From: Octopus bimaculoides
Lineage: Eukaryota
Reading direction: 5' to 3'
Length of the DNA stretch: 37,017 nucleotides
Assembly (NCBI RefSeq): GCF_001194135.2
Contig: NC_069003.1
Coordinates: forward strand, 18,646,982 to 18,683,998
The translations under genes and the position numbers were made by a program. Below the pieces are notes generated by a model, which did not search any database, had not been told where the DNA came from, and saw nothing but the letters and a program-made list of their open reading frames with translations. The first letter of the stretch is position 1; every line of letters starts with the position of its first letter. Shown here piece after piece: positions 34,204-37,017 of this stretch.

Positions 34204-34324
34204 TAACTGCAATTTTGCCTTCTTTTTTTCCATCCCCAAAATGACTTTTACCTAAGTTCAATAAAATGCCCTGTGCTGAATTGTCTGCACCCTGAATTAT
34301 CTTGTGCTGAATTGTCCCGTCACG

Positions 34325-34465
34325 GCTACATCGACCCCAGTGTTCAACTAGTATCTATTTCATCGACCCCGAAAGGATGAAAGGTAAAGTCAACCTCGAC
34401 AGAAATTACTCAGAACGTAAAAGCGGACGAAATGCCACTAAACATTTTGCTCGGCATGCTATTCT
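34325..34465 (-). mobile_element. SINE family B
   Basis: catcgaccccgaaaggatgaaaggtaaagtcaacctcg...ctcagaacgt...gacgaaatgcc. Confidence 0.85.
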
Positions 34466-35784
34466 ATATATTGAAATTACAACCTGCATACATTTGCAAC
34501 TGGGAGGGGAGATAAGTGGTGTTATTTACTTACACAATACATAGAAACAGTCATCTCCCTTGTGGTGCACAACACATACTGGTCAATAATTCACTGAGAA
34601 GCTGAGCCTATTATACTACGAAATACGAAACAATACGCAAATTTCTACGTGGTCATTCAATTTGTGAGATGTGGCAACTAAAACATCGTCAAATGAAGGG
34701 CACTTTCCATGAGGGGCAATATTCTCTCCTTTTCAACGTGGACTAGATCGCTGTTGGAACTAGTTCAATCCACAACTCTAGAAATGCAGAAGGTGCTTGG
34801 ATTGTTAGTCACAGGAGAAATAATATGAGAGAGAATGTGAGACAACAGCCAAAACATTTTCGATTTTATTTTTGACCAATGTGATCGATATTTAAGATTC
34901 CGCCTACTTTCTGTGAGTGCAAGATTTTCTTGAGATTGGGTTGACGAGGTTCTGCTTGTATCAAACATCGATGGGTTACTTAGCCAGGATGAACTCCACA
35001 TCTCCATCGTCCTCAGCGTCGGAGTGGGGCAAATGAGGTGTCATTATGGTATGTCCCTAGATTTTAGCGGTCTTCAAAGAATGTCCTGTCGAATGAATAC
35101 AGGTCGCTTTGATTGCCAGAACAAGATAAAACTAACCATTAAACAAACCCTGTTCAGAGGGCTATCCTGTTTGTGAGATTATCTAGAGACGATGAGAAGA
35201 GATCCGACGGATTGGCTCTTAACCCATATCGGCCGTCACCATTACACACTTTATTTTTTATTCTATCACACGTGGTAGAGGGGGTTACTACATCCGTAGC
35301 TGAACGAAATATCGTAATCAGTCCCTTAATTACATTTTTAAATCTTTGAGACGTTCAGGAGAACTGAATCACTGATAAGGAAGTTTTTCACTTCGCTGGT
35401 GTACCGTGTCATCGAAGTATTAGATGATGCTCGGGAGGGTGTTAGGTTGTTCTGCCATCTCACCTTCCCTTGTAGTAATACTGTGAGCGTTTTTTTTTTT
35501 TTTGGAGGTGGGGGATCTCAAACATTTTGTTGAAAGGGACACCAGTATAATTGAATGGAGTGTACATGCAGAGTATTTTGCTCTAGACGTGCTAGGTGAT
35601 CACCTGTGACGCTAAAATCGCAGGGAGTGGCATAAACTACTTACAACCTTAATCCAATCAAAAACATGTAAAAGTTAGCAATAAAATGAAAAAATGAGGT
35701 CACTTTGGGAACAAATAAGGTTGAAGAACATGGATGGGGGAGGAAAAAAAGAGATAGGCTCATTCAGTGTTAAGACCTGCCGCA

Positions 35785-36152
35785 TGATATTCTTTTTACT
35801 GCGACCATGTAGGAGCATCGCCTTGAAGGGTTTTAGTCGAACAAATCGACTCCAGAACATTTTTTAAGTCTGGCACTTATTCTACCGGTCACTTTTACCA
35901 AACTGCTAAGTTGTAAACACTAAGAAATAAATACACCAGCCAGCATCGATTGTCAAGCGGTGGGGTGGGGACAAACACAAAGACATACGTGGGGTGGGAC
36001 AGATTTTGTCCCCACTACCACCGCTGTTCGTCTGTTTATGTCCCCGTAACTTACTGGTTCGGCAAAAAGAGACCGATACAATAAGTATTAAACATAAAAG
36101 TACTAGGGTCAATTTGTTCGACTAAAACCCTTCAAGGCAGTGCCTCAGCCTG
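35785..36152. mobile_element. Head-to-head pair of SINE family A 3' halves
   Basis: ccttgaagggttttagtcgaacaaat (left) is complementary to atttgttcgactaaaacccttcaagg (right). Confidence 0.8.
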
Positions 36153-36786
36153 ACCTTCATTCTTCCGTTTGCGCCTGTCTTAATGTAACTGTCTTTATAC
36201 ACCCATAACACTCCTATATCCGCTATACTAACAGCTGCTCACAACCAACAATGCTTATCAGTTTCACTTTTCCTTAAATACACACCCATGCTGCCACAAT
36301 GATCACTGACACCCAGTCAAAATCCTTTTCACTTTCTTTATCTCTTACCTCCTCGCCCCCCCCCCCCNNNNNNNNNNNNNNNNNNNNNNNNNNNNNNNNN
36401 NNNNNNNNNNNNNNNNNNNNNNNNNNNNNNNNNNNNNNNNNNNNNNNNNNNNNNNNNNNNNNNNNNNNNNNNNNNNNNNNNNNNNNNNNNNNNNNNNAAA
36501 AAAAAAAAAAAATGTTTGCGAATTTGTGTTCTACACGTGGCAATTCATACGATTATACAAAAGATGATTTTGTGCTGTGTGGTTTAAGGGTGATTTAGCT
36601 GTTATTTTTAGCAAATCTTACGATCACCTGATACCTTCCTCGTTTCTTTGTCACTGACATATCTTTTTCAGTATTTTTCTCCCCATAAACATATTTAATG
36701 GAACGATGCACTCGAGAGTGGTCCACTGCTGGGATTTAAGCAAAAAGAAAATTGCCAATCAACAGACAGCATGGCATTAGCAGCTT

Positions 36787-36800
36787 GTTACCATGACAAC
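36787..36800. promoter_or_regulatory. RFX X-box motif
   Basis: GTTACCATGACAAC matches the X-box consensus RTHNYY-WT-RRNRAC at all positions, in non-repetitive sequence. Confidence 0.5.
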
Positions 36801-37017
36801 CACACGCTGTGTTGTGGTTCACGGTTGTTTTTGTTGTTGTTGTCTATGTTGATTTATCACAATTCTTCACACGAGATTCATTTCACCCGCGTATTTTGTT
36901 TTAACTTCTCTGTGTGTTTTACGTATTTTACATATTTTTCTGCGCTTCTGTATTTTAGTACTTTTTGGTTATCTCACCCCATTAAAAAAAAAAGTCCATT
37001 AAAAAATGGGGTTATTT

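Noticed and set aside
34765-35007. 80-aa minus-strand ORF as a coding exon
   Set aside because: No recognisable domain or homology I can support; kept only as part of a candidate regulatory region.
1-37017. Prokaryotic systems (CRISPR arrays, operons, defence islands) and telomeric arrays
   Set aside because: No regularly spaced repeat-spacer array, no gene-dense operon structure and no (TTAGGG)n run; the window is clearly animal genomic DNA.

Overview
Eukaryotic, AT-rich, repeat-dense scaffold region with about 3 kb (8%) of N-gaps. The tRNA-head SINE families and (TA)n/(CA)n microsatellites look like those I recall from octopus genomes (inference from memory, not a database result). There is one convincing host gene: a 668-aa BTB-BACK protein with a divergent kelch-like C-terminus, encoded by one uninterrupted exon (15048-17054, minus) behind a clear splice acceptor. 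The rest is mostly a transposon graveyard: two RTE-type LINE fragments, an L1/Tx1 LINE lacking its RT core, two different Penelope-like elements (PLEs) side by side, a Chapaev3 DNA transposon with both TIRs and a TAA target-site duplication, and many SINEs. The most notable unexplained signals are: (1) a minimal type I hammerhead ribozyme inside a foreign insert in the Chapaev3 transposase; (2) a PLE whose GIY and YIG half-motifs are separated by an in-frame Ser/Thr/Asn-rich insert of about 240 codons, with an inverted copy of its 3' end and decayed hammerhead-like termini; (3) a near-perfect 144-nt hairpin at 29.1 kb plus several inverted-repeat pairs; (4) an RFX X-box near the window end. 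Most short ORFs in the supplied track are microsatellite, gap or antisense artefacts. All translations and alignments were done by eye, so repeat boundaries are approximate.
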